In this document: positions 1 to 8,103 of the stretch, in pieces
Layout of the letters: every line of letters starts with the position of its first letter
Numbering within the stretch: position 1 is the stretch's first letter
DNA from: a virus
Lineage: Duplodnaviria; Caudoviricetes
Length of the DNA: 64,000 bases
IMG/VR virus record: IMGVR_UViG_3300026085_000098
Location: 1-64,000 of that record
Reading direction: 5' to 3' (one strand)
Notes under the pieces: generated by a model
Database searches by the model: none
The model's input: only the letters and a program-made list of their open reading frames with translations
Told to the model about the DNA's origin: nothing
Translations under genes and position numbers: made by a program

Positions 1-152
1 TTCATCTCAAGGTCTAAACCAACTTCACCATCATATTTGAGTTGTTCACGTTCAATAACACTGCTGCCCTTATGCTGCGCTATTTCGCCTATGCTTGCAT
101 ATACAGGTGTGCTTAATACTAAGGCACTAATCAGACTGCGTAATATCAACAT
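1..152 (-). CDS. N-terminal fragment of a secreted FecR-domain-like protein (runs off window; not in ORF track)
   Basis: ATG at 152 overlaps the curlin stop. Reads MLILRSLISALVLSTPVYASIGEIAQHKGSSVIEREQLKYDGEVGLDLEM: a signal peptide followed by an IG-x5-G-x3-I-x-R pattern typical of FecR-domain proteins. Confidence 0.5.
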   Translation of the reverse strand, partial: MLILRSLISALVLSTPVYASIGEIAQHKGSSVIEREQLKYDGEVGLDLEM

Positions 153-864
153 CATGACCATCACCTGAGAATGTAGCATCTACAGTATTATCATATATTC
201 CACTTTGTTTAATATAGTAGTTGCTTCCTCCGCCGGTGATGTCTAATGTTACGCTATGTCCTGCACTGTCTCCATCTCCATCTTGATCTATTTCAACTAC
301 TACACCACCTTGACCCGATGTGTATGTAGTTGTAGAATCTGATGATGTTGCTGTGCTTAATGTAGCACTGTTGTCTAATGTTACGTTAACCACAGCACTT
401 GTGCCATCTATATTAGTAATTAAAATATTTCCATCGCCATCAATTGTAAAGTCTACTTGGGCACCGTCAGCATCTGCTGTTTCGCCAATTTTCAGAACAA
501 ACTCGTTGCTGTCACCTGTTGTTGTAATATTAAGTGTTACATTTTCACAGTTCACACCTGAAGTAGCATCACAGGTTAAATCAACGGTGTTGCTGCTACC
601 TGTAAACTGCCAAGTACCTGTATAAGTGTTGCCCTTTATCACCGCATCAATTACATTGCTGTCGCCAGTCTGTGTAATGCTGAATGTCATATCATCGCCA
701 TCCAGAGTTACATCGGTTGTTGAATCGCCAAACTCGTTATTTTGGCCGTCTTGGGTAATATCCAGATCTAGAGTGTCACCAATTTGTGTGATGTAAATCT
801 CGTTAGCGTATGCTGCACTTGCGAGAACCAATGACAGGATGGCCCCGTATAGTATTGCCCTCAT
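127..864 (-). CDS. Secreted curlin-repeat (CsgA/CsgB-like) protein
   Basis: Signal peptide ending AYA, then repeated I-x-Q-x-G-x-x-N strands (ITQDGQNN, ITQTGDSN, ITTTGDSN, IDQDGDG, IKQSG). GGAGG Shine-Dalgarno favours ATG 864 over GTG 873. Confidence 0.7.
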   Translation of the reverse strand: MRAILYGAILSLVLASAAYANEIYITQIGDTLDLDITQDGQNNEFGDSTTDVTLDGDDMTFSITQTGDSNVIDAVIKGNTYTGTWQFTGSSNTVDLTCDATSGVNCENVTLNITTTGDSNEFVLKIGETADADGAQVDFTIDGDGNILITNIDGTSAVVNVTLDNSATLSTATSSDSTTTYTSGQGGVVVEIDQDGDGDSAGHSVTLDITGGGSNYYIKQSGIYDNTVDATFSGDGHDVDITQSD

Positions 865-986
865 ATTTTTCACCTCCGGCCTTTCGCCATACGTATTTAT
901 ACAGTACCCTTGTTTTATAAATACACTTATATTTAGTGTAAATATTTTTACAGTAAAGTGAGCATATAATGAATATAAATACAGTT

Positions 987-1241
987 ATGAAGACACTAGA
1001 ACAAGGACAAAAAATACACAAAGAACAACAAGCGTTCTGGGATACATTTGAAGAAATGTGGCCTAAAGAAGAAAGACATGTAGAAGAAAAATGCTTACAC
1101 GATGAAGTAGACGATTTTATAATAGATAAAATTGCGGCAGCATTAAAAGAATGTAATCACAATCGCACACACACTGCTGATAAACTTGGAATTAAAAGAG
1201 AAACACTTTTGGCTAAGATGAAGAAGTATTGTCTTCTTTGA
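987..1241 (+). CDS. Fis-family helix-turn-helix protein
   Basis: C-terminal IAAALKECNHNRTHTADKLGIKRETLLAKMKKY matches the Fis/HTH_8 pattern. Start at 987 (or 969), just after TATAAATA at 974-981. Confidence 0.75.
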   Translation: MKTLEQGQKIHKEQQAFWDTFEEMWPKEERHVEEKCLHDEVDDFIIDKIAAALKECNHNRTHTADKLGIKRETLLAKMKKYCLL

Positions 1242-2016
1242 ACTTCCAAAGATTTTGTTGTTCACCTTGGTAAATCAATTCAATAACTGCTGCCTCTATG
1301 GCTGCTCTTACTGCATAGTTTGTTGCTTCATTTACAGTATATCCTGTTTCAATTTCTAGTGCTTCTGTACCAAGATCTAAAAACTTAAATACATTCCCAC
1401 CTTGTCTAAAACTTGCTATAGATTTTTGTGCAGCGACACTTACTAAAACACGGCCTGTGCTAACACTTACTAAACGCATAGAAACAGTAACAGTATCAAC
1501 TCTGTATTCAGTTGCAGTTCCTACACCTAAATACATAGCACCGTTGCCGCCTGTTTCTATATTACTATCATATCCAATAATGCCACCTTCCAATAGTATA
1601 CCTGCAAATTTCATTGCTGCTAATGGAGTAGGATTATCTTTTTCGTAATTCTCTCTAGTATTACGTATTAATTGACGTTCCTTAATAACATGATCCATAC
1701 CGCCACGCTCTACAACTTCAAACCAACTGCCATTGCCTGCTTGCAGAAGAGCATCTATTACCCATGCTTCTGCACCTTGAGTGACAGCACTGCTTAAATT
1801 TGCTACATTATCTGCTGGTTTACGCTGGCCTGTTTTGTCTGTAAATTCATACACACCAATTGTCATTTTAGGTCCATCTATAGATGGTAAGTCATTTAGT
1901 TCCTGCACCATTGGATTTTCTTGAATGATAGGGCCTTGTTGTAAACTTTTAGGCAGGTTACCTTTTGCAGCACACCCTGTCAGGATCAAACTCGCTATTA
2001 AGATTAAGTACTTCAA
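1213..2016 (-). CDS. csgG: Curli secretion channel lipoprotein CsgG
   Basis: Lipobox LTGC; VYEFTDKTGQRKP, WFEVVERGG and EGGIIGYDSN motifs of CsgG. Confidence 0.9.
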   Translation of the reverse strand: MKYLILIASLILTGCAAKGNLPKSLQQGPIIQENPMVQELNDLPSIDGPKMTIGVYEFTDKTGQRKPADNVANLSSAVTQGAEAWVIDALLQAGNGSWFEVVERGGMDHVIKERQLIRNTRENYEKDNPTPLAAMKFAGILLEGGIIGYDSNIETGGNGAMYLGVGTATEYRVDTVTVSMRLVSVSTGRVLVSVAAQKSIASFRQGGNVFKFLDLGTEALEIETGYTVNEATNYAVRAAIEAAVIELIYQGEQQNLWKFKEDNTSSS

Positions 2017-2489
2017 AAATTGAATTCTCCTGCGCCTGGTATTGTAATTTCTGTGTAGCCATCTGGGCCATCTACAATAAGTGTGATACTGCCTGTAGTT
2101 TCATCTCTTGTCCAAGTGATAGTAGCACCTTCAACTTCTGTAGTTCCAGTGTTTGCACATGCTGGTTGATCTTCATCTCCACATGCCGCAAACATATTGT
2201 CTACAAGTTGTTTGGAAAGTGTAGCATATATACGTGATTCTAAGTTACGAATAAATTTATTAAGAACTGTGTTTTCAAGTTCACGTGCAATACGCTCTTC
2301 TTCACGTTTTGCTTCATCTTCTCGGTCTTTTTTTCTATTAAAGGTAAGTTGTTCAAGGCTCAACATGTGAGCACTATAACCTTGTCCGCTAAATGCTGGT
2401 GATTTGAACTGGTGTACTAAATCTGCACCTGCAATACCAGGTTTAGATAGATACCAGAATGAAAATAATACTAATAAAAAGTAACGCAT
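2013..2489 (-). CDS. csgF: Curli assembly component CsgF-like
   Basis: Signal peptide, then an LVHQFKSPAFSG N-terminus and LESRIYATLSKQL; 4-nt overlap with csgG. Confidence 0.75.
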   Translation of the reverse strand: MRYFLLVLFSFWYLSKPGIAGADLVHQFKSPAFSGQGYSAHMLSLEQLTFNRKKDREDEAKREEERIARELENTVLNKFIRNLESRIYATLSKQLVDNMFAACGDEDQPACANTGTTEVEGATITWTRDETTGSITLIVDGPDGYTEITIPGAGEFNF

Positions 2490-2500
2490 AACATTACTAT

Positions 2501-3481
2501 TTAGCCTGTGCTGACTTGTATTCCTAGATCACGCATCTGTCTACTTTTAGCATTGTAAACAACACCTTTTGAAGTTTGTTTGACAAAATCATGTAATTGC
2601 TCGCCATTGATAATATACTGGTATTGTGATACACCAATAATTAGAATGCCGTCATGACCTGCTGCTGCTTTATAATCATCAAACATGGCTATGTTCCATG
2701 CCATTCTAAATTTAGGAGTACCAAATGTAGATTCTATTTCAGGACGCTTGCCGTTAAACCATGCTTGGTTCACTGCTTTTGCGAATTCTTCAGTAGGAAA
2801 ATCTGCAGGCAGGCCGCCTTCTGTTGGACTTGCTGCAACTACACTTACTGATTTACCTTCGTATGGTGTACCCGCAAGTGCTTGTGTCATTGGAGTAATA
2901 TCTAATTTATGTCTGTCGTTATAGATACGGCCGCCACCCGATGATAAACTTTTGCCGCCTCCTTTGATTTCAATTTTCTTACCATTAATAATAAGATCAC
3001 CGCCTTCGTTTTCGCCTACATAACGAATTTTCTGGCTCATAATAGCAAGTGCAGCTTCTGCTGGTCCTGCGTCACTTTTAGAAAAGTTTTGTCTTGTAAG
3101 GTTAACAAATAATTTTTCAGGAATACCGTCTGTAACTGCGTCAAGCAAAGGTGCAGGACCTTTCATGCCACCTGCTGGGATCAAGGCATTTATATTAATA
3201 AATTCCTCACCTGCGTTCCATCTTTCAACAAAATCTTTTACTTCATTAGTTGTACCTAGATCAGGAATAGTTTTTACAAGATATGCAATTTCTTCTGCAC
3301 CGATATCAGGGTCTTCGTGTGCTCTGATATAGTTTTCGATACGTGTGCCAATTTGTGGTCCTACAATCAACTTATAAGTTTTATCAAATAAAGGATCGTC
3401 TGCACGTTTTTTTGATAGTGCTCTAATAACTCTATCTTTTTTCTGCTGGTCTGTTACTTCTCTTATTTCTCTATAACGCAT
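2501..3481 (-). CDS. Putative PD-(D/E)xK nuclease-fold protein with head-protein-like N-terminus
   Basis: GPAE...GGDLIINGKKIEIK resembles the E...D...E-x-K catalytic motif; N-terminus MRYREIRE. Confidence 0.45.
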   Translation of the reverse strand: MRYREIREVTDQQKKDRVIRALSKKRADDPLFDKTYKLIVGPQIGTRIENYIRAHEDPDIGAEEIAYLVKTIPDLGTTNEVKDFVERWNAGEEFININALIPAGGMKGPAPLLDAVTDGIPEKLFVNLTRQNFSKSDAGPAEAALAIMSQKIRYVGENEGGDLIINGKKIEIKGGGKSLSSGGGRIYNDRHKLDITPMTQALAGTPYEGKSVSVVAASPTEGGLPADFPTEEFAKAVNQAWFNGKRPEIESTFGTPKFRMAWNIAMFDDYKAAAGHDGILIIGVSQYQYIINGEQLHDFVKQTSKGVVYNAKSRQMRDLGIQVSTG

Positions 3482-3503
3482 ATTAAAACTCCTGATACAA
3501 TAT

Positions 3504-4190
3504 TTATCTCACATCAGGGAACAACATGTCCTTGCAAAACTTGTCAACGTCTTCTTCAGGTAAGCCGAGTGATTTCATCACCGCCGGAGTGTGTGGATTT
3601 TTACGTTGGTTTTCGCAGTAATGATTTTGAGATGCTATTACTATATCTCTGTTTCCGTTTCCTGTGTAATCACCAATTTCCATCATGTATGCTTCAAGAT
3701 TGCTCAATGCTTTTTTAATAATAGCATCTGCTTCCTCTTCTGTCTTTACGTTACCTGCTGCTAACATTTTTTCCGTAAAAATAGCCTGCGCCCATTCTGG
3801 TAGTTCTCTTTGTTTGCTAGGTATAATATCTTCAACACTCATATAATAACCTTCAATCATAGGATGATTAGGATCACTACTTGGCGAAAAGTCATGGAAC
3901 GCACCTGTCATCTTAGTCTTACCTGCAATAACATCAAAGCCATAAATTGGTCCGTCATTGTTTAACACAGGAAACACACATACATGCATCATCCAAAGTC
4001 CTTTTGAATCTCTTGCATCTACAACATCAATGTGCGCTCGGCGAACAGCATCATTTGCCCAAACACGGTTAATCCAGCCATCTCTATTGAAATATTCTAG
4101 TCCATCTTCTTGTATTTCTTTTGCGTTCTTATCAAATATTTCAATAATCTTATTTTGACAATCTATTAATTTATCCCAAATCATGCTCAT
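3504..4190 (-). CDS. pcyX: Ferredoxin-dependent bilin reductase (PcyX/PcyA family)
   Basis: RRAHIDVV, GFDVIAG, AFHDFSP, RELPEWAQAIF and YCENQRKNPHT motifs; coupled to a heme oxygenase gene. Confidence 0.85.
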   Translation of the reverse strand: MSMIWDKLIDCQNKIIEIFDKNAKEIQEDGLEYFNRDGWINRVWANDAVRRAHIDVVDARDSKGLWMMHVCVFPVLNNDGPIYGFDVIAGKTKMTGAFHDFSPSSDPNHPMIEGYYMSVEDIIPSKQRELPEWAQAIFTEKMLAAGNVKTEEEADAIIKKALSNLEAYMMEIGDYTGNGNRDIVIASQNHYCENQRKNPHTPAVMKSLGLPEEDVDKFCKDMLFPDVR

Positions 4191-4723
4191 TGATCTAACT
4201 CCTCAAATAGTTGCATAGCAAATTCAAAGCATCTATTTGCTTCATCTGCCATACCGTCGTGTAACCGTTCTCTTACTGTTTCTTTTAATTTGTCTACATT
4301 TGCAAATTGGTACATGTATCCAGATCCAGGGTTACGTTTTTTAATCATTTGTCCACCGTACATGTCGCCAAAATGTCTAACATAGATATGTGCTAAAACT
4401 TCGTCTTGTTCAGTCATACTCATAACATACTGAGTATAGTCAGCAATCACAGGACATAATAAACTGGCATCTCTTGTTATATTATATTCTTCTTCTAGTT
4501 CTTCCATATCGGCTCTAATATTTGCTGCTCTTGCAATACCTTCTATGCCTTCGAGAACATTTAATTCGTTTGCCTTAGTTTCTAAAACAGAGTATAGACA
4601 AAATTGATTGTAGATATATTTGTAATATTCTTCAGGAGACATGCCCGTCAATAATTTGCGGGCATGTTGTGTGCGTTCTGCTTTTTGATGGTTTTCCCAT
4701 GTTAGTTCTTTTAGTTTAGACAA
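4187..4723 (-). CDS. hemO: Heme oxygenase
   Basis: LKELTWENHQKAE (proximal His) and AHIYVRHFGDMYGGQMIKK motifs. Confidence 0.9.
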   Translation of the reverse strand: MSKLKELTWENHQKAERTQHARKLLTGMSPEEYYKYIYNQFCLYSVLETKANELNVLEGIEGIARAANIRADMEELEEEYNITRDASLLCPVIADYTQYVMSMTEQDEVLAHIYVRHFGDMYGGQMIKKRNPGSGYMYQFANVDKLKETVRERLHDGMADEANRCFEFAMQLFEELDQ

Positions 4724-4778
4724 AGTTTTTCCTTTAATAAAAAAGTAATTATCATAACTTTACTTTAGAATTTCTCTA

Positions 4779-5096
4779 TTATGAATCTATTTCTTCTACT
4801 CTAACTCTTAAAGGAAATCCATTTTCTCTAGAAACACCTGTTGCTTCTAATGCTTTTTGTTCAGCAATCTCAAAACTATAAATTCCTACAATGCCTGAAC
4901 CTTCTTCGTGTATTTGCATTGTAATATTGTGTGCTTGATCTTCTGAGTGTTTAAAAACTTCAACAAGCAAACTTACAACAAAGTCCATAGGAGTCTGTTC
5001 ATCATTTAGAAATACAACTTTGTATTGACCAGGTTCTTTATATTCGATTGTTATTTTTTCATCAATTTTAATATCTTCTAAAATATTAGTCATCAT
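4779..5096 (-). CDS. clpS: ClpS N-degron adaptor
   Basis: YKVVFLNDEQTPMDFVVSLL, IHEEGSG and FPLRVRVE motifs; start set at ATG 5096 after AGGAG. Confidence 0.9.
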   Translation of the reverse strand: MMTNILEDIKIDEKITIEYKEPGQYKVVFLNDEQTPMDFVVSLLVEVFKHSEDQAHNITMQIHEEGSGIVGIYSFEIAEQKALEATGVSRENGFPLRVRVEEIDS

Positions 5097-5107
5097 ATCT
5101 CCTAAAT

Positions 5108-5127
5108 GGGGGGATGTCACTCCCCCC
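5108..5127 (-). terminator. GC-rich stem-loop between hsp20 and clpS (weak terminator or mRNA stabiliser)
   Basis: GGGGGGA-TGTCAC-TCCCCCC inverted repeat; no strong U-tract. Confidence 0.45.
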
Positions 5128-5134
5128 TAGACTT

Positions 5135-5596
5135 TTAGCCTTCGATTGTTTCGTGTACAGCACCATTGTAGTCTGTAATTTTAATTTTCTTTGGTTTTTG
5201 TGCTTCTGGTACTTCACGTACTAGATGAATATTTAACATTCCTAGTTCTAGAGTAGCATTAGCAACTTCTACATGCTCTGCAAGTGTAAACTGTCTGCGG
5301 AAGTTACGTCCGCCGATTCCTTTATGAAGATAGTTTACTTCTTCATCACCTTTTGGAGCAGTACCTTCTACAGTCATTACATTCTTTTCTACTGTAATAT
5401 CTAGGTTGTCCATACCAAATCCTGCGACTGCAATACTAATCATATATTCGTCTTCGTTGATTTGTGCAATGTTGTAAGGTGGATACCCGTTTGATTTGCT
5501 GTTTGCAAAATCTCGTGTCATTTCATTAAAGATTCTATCAAATCCAATAGTTGCACGATGTAGATGGGGTAAGTCTAGTGTTGTTAATCTTGTCAT
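5135..5596 (-). CDS. ibpA: Small heat shock protein (Hsp20/IbpA family)
   Basis: GYPPYNI, IAVAGF, YLHKGIGGRNFRRQFTLAEHVEV and GMLNIHL motifs. Confidence 0.95.
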   Translation of the reverse strand: MTRLTTLDLPHLHRATIGFDRIFNEMTRDFANSKSNGYPPYNIAQINEDEYMISIAVAGFGMDNLDITVEKNVMTVEGTAPKGDEEVNYLHKGIGGRNFRRQFTLAEHVEVANATLELGMLNIHLVREVPEAQKPKKIKITDYNGAVHETIEG

Positions 5597-5602
5597 TTCA
5601 TT

Positions 5603-5646
5603 TCTCCTTATTAAGCAAGATATGTGATGTGCCCTTTTCGGCGCAC
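5603..5646 (-). promoter_or_regulatory. ROSE-like RNA thermometer in the hsp20 5'UTR
   Basis: UCUUGCU-UAAUA-AGGAGA pairs over the Shine-Dalgarno with a bulged G; preceded by a GUGCGCC-GAAA-AGGGCAC hairpin. Confidence 0.55.
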
Positions 5647-5650
5647 AACT

Positions 5651-5681
5651 TATTTATACATTATTAATTAATTTTTGTCAA
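5651..5681 (-). promoter_or_regulatory. Composite sigma70 plus T4-like late promoter for hsp20
   Basis: TTGACA(5681-5676)-N17-TATAAA; the -10 element extends to a perfect TATAAATA (5658-5651). Confidence 0.75.
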
Positions 5682-6220
5682 GTCCGATTCCATAATTTTA
5701 TTATAGATTTTCCTCTTTGACTTCCTGCAAAAGTTAATATTGTAGGTATTTTTCGCACTGCATGGGTTTCGAATAATTCTGCCCACCAATCTGCTGATTG
5801 TATAGTACAGTGTGCATTTTCTCCGTTAGGTAAAAACTTTTTTGCAAGTCCACAATCAATAAAATGAAAGTTTGCTTTTCTAGATTTTTGTGTGCAGTAT
5901 CTAATAATTTTTGGTAATATATGTTCAGGTATATGTTCCAAACAATCAGTACTCATTATCATGTCATGATGTTTTAAAGGTAAAGTTGAATATCTAGGCA
6001 CTGCTGGATCATAATAGGTAGGTTTTAATTTTCCCCATGGTCTTACTATCATAGGACGCCAGTGCTTTGCTTTGCCACATCCAAAGTCTAATAGAGTTTT
6101 ACAACCTGTTTGATCAAAAAGTTTCTTTGCAATGATCCACTCGTCAGTTTTTGGTCTTCCATCATACCAGCCTTCATTGTGCATGATTTTATACTGCTTG
6201 TTATATTTTTTATCTATCAT
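5678..6220 (-). CDS. Class I SAM-dependent methyltransferase
   Basis: LLDFGCGK motif I and STDCLEHIPE; start moved to ATG 6220, downstream of the guaC stop. Confidence 0.75.
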   Translation of the reverse strand: MIDKKYNKQYKIMHNEGWYDGRPKTDEWIIAKKLFDQTGCKTLLDFGCGKAKHWRPMIVRPWGKLKPTYYDPAVPRYSTLPLKHHDMIMSTDCLEHIPEHILPKIIRYCTQKSRKANFHFIDCGLAKKFLPNGENAHCTIQSADWWAELFETHAVRKIPTILTFAGSQRGKSIIKLWNRT

Positions 6221-6227
6221 TAAGCAT

Positions 6228-7436
6228 TTAATTACCAATAGTTGATTTTTCGTATACTGAGTTGTGTGTTTGTGTACAACGTATGAAAGTTGCACATTTG
6301 CTGAGTTGCTTGAGTTTCATTGCACCTGTATAGGTACAAGCACTGCGTACACCTCCTAAAATATCTTGTATGGTATTAGCAACAGATCCTCTGTAAGGTA
6401 CAAGCACTGTGCGTCCTTCAGAAGATCGATAGTCTTTCAAACCATCAAAATGTTTATCGTTTGCACTTTTTGAACTCATGCCATAAAATTGTACAAATTT
6501 CTTCTTTTCAAAAACAGGCTGCATCGGAGGATCAAATTCTCCTTTTTCAATTGCTTCAAGTGCCCGTTGTCTTTCTTCTTCAGGCATTCCTTCTGGAAAA
6601 GGCTGCATCTTTGCTTCCATGGTTTGATATGTTTTAGTGATTACTTCGCCACCGCCTTCATCGTGTCCGGCAAGCATACCACCTAGCATTACAAAGTCTG
6701 CACCAGCAGCAAAGGCTTTAGCAACATCACCAGGACAAGTACAACCACCATCAGCAATGATATGGCCACCCAATCCGTGTGCTGCGTCTGCACATTCGAT
6801 AACCGCACTAAGTTGCGGATATCCCACTCCAGTCTGTATCCTAGTAGTGCATACGCTACCAGGACCAATACCAACTTTAACAATATCAGCGCCAGCAAGA
6901 ATCAATTCCTCCGTCATTTCTCTAGTAACTACATTTCCAGCAATAATAACTAGGTCTGGAAACTCTTTTCTCACTTTACGAACATGGGCTGCGAAATGAT
7001 CGCTATATCCATTTGCGATATCCATGCAAACATATTTTAATTTATGATCGCAGTCTTTTTTTACTTTGTACAATTTATTGTAATCACTATCACTTGTACC
7101 TATACTCATTGCTACAAATTCTGTACGTTCCATAGGACCATTAAAATATTCAATAAGTTCATCTGCACTGTAAGTTTTTACAAGACAAGTAAAGATTTCA
7201 CCTTCTGCAAGTTTGTCAGCCATTGCAAATGTACCAACACCGTCCATGTTTGCAGCCATAATAGGAATACCAATAAAATGATATTCATCTGGGGTAGGCT
7301 CAGCAATGTTATGATCGTAATTTCTAAATTGGAATTTACGATTTAGTTTAACTTGACTACGACTAACCAATGTACTGCGCTTAGGACGAATTAGTACATC
7401 TTTGTAGTCTAATTTTAAATCTTCTTCCAAACGCAT
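6228..7436 (-). CDS. guaC: GMP reductase
   Basis: [37 protein letters not shown] and GVRSACTY motifs. Confidence 0.95.
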   Translation of the reverse strand: MRLEEDLKLDYKDVLIRPKRSTLVSRSQVKLNRKFQFRNYDHNIAEPTPDEYHFIGIPIMAANMDGVGTFAMADKLAEGEIFTCLVKTYSADELIEYFNGPMERTEFVAMSIGTSDSDYNKLYKVKKDCDHKLKYVCMDIANGYSDHFAAHVRKVRKEFPDLVIIAGNVVTREMTEELILAGADIVKVGIGPGSVCTTRIQTGVGYPQLSAVIECADAAHGLGGHIIADGGCTCPGDVAKAFAAGADFVMLGGMLAGHDEGGGEVITKTYQTMEAKMQPFPEGMPEEERQRALEAIEKGEFDPPMQPVFEKKKFVQFYGMSSKSANDKHFDGLKDYRSSEGRTVLVPYRGSVANTIQDILGGVRSACTYTGAMKLKQLSKCATFIRCTQTHNSVYEKSTIGN

Positions 7437-7439
7437 TTA

Positions 7440-7688
7440 TCAATAACCCATTTCTGCTTTACGTTTTAGTTCGTTTTTCTTAAAGCGTCTAATGGCTGCT
7501 TCTTTTGCTTTACGGCGTTTAGTGCCTTTTGATTCGTAAAATTCACGCTTACGAAGTTCTTGCAATAAACCGTCTTCTGCAACTTTTTTCTTAAATTTAC
7601 GAAGTGCTTTATTAACATCGTTGTTGTGTACTTCTACATATAATCCGCTGAACTCAAAGTCGTTGCGGCGTCTCATTTTATTATTCAT
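7440..7688 (-). CDS. rpsU: Ribosomal protein bS21
   Basis: VNKALRKFKKKV..DGLLQELRKREFYESKGTKRRKAKEAA. Confidence 0.92.
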   Translation of the reverse strand: MNNKMRRRNDFEFSGLYVEVHNNDVNKALRKFKKKVAEDGLLQELRKREFYESKGTKRRKAKEAAIRRFKKNELKRKAEMGY

Positions 7689-7716
7689 TAATTACTCCAT
7701 TTTTTATATGATAATA

Positions 7717-8103
7717 TCAGTTAGAAACTTTGTCAAGTAAATTTTGTTCAAACCATGTAAGGTCATAAAATCTGTTTTTACTAAGATGATGAAATCCTAC
7801 TCTATCTTCTTGTAGTGTATAATATGTATTTGGCTGTGCAACCAAGTGTGATACAAAATTAGTAGTTAATAGATCTAAATTATCAATATCAACTATTGAT
7901 ATGTCTACCATTTTGCATAGTCTTAAAAACCAAGCAGGTTCTTCTTCTACGCCAGTATAAAGATACACGTTTACAGGTATATCAATACGTCTTAAAATGT
8001 CCTGTAAATCTGTACGCAGATTTTGGCTTGGACAAAGCAAAAGAATACTATAACAGTCGTTAGCAATAATATCTGGTGCAGTAATAATAGTTACGTCACT
8101 CAT
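7717..8103 (-). CDS. Hypothetical phage protein
   Basis: 128-aa ORF overlapping its neighbour; no recognised motif. Confidence 0.6.
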   Translation of the reverse strand: MSDVTIITAPDIIANDCYSILLLCPSQNLRTDLQDILRRIDIPVNVYLYTGVEEEPAWFLRLCKMVDISIVDIDNLDLLTTNFVSHLVAQPNTYYTLQEDRVGFHHLSKNRFYDLTWFEQNLLDKVSN

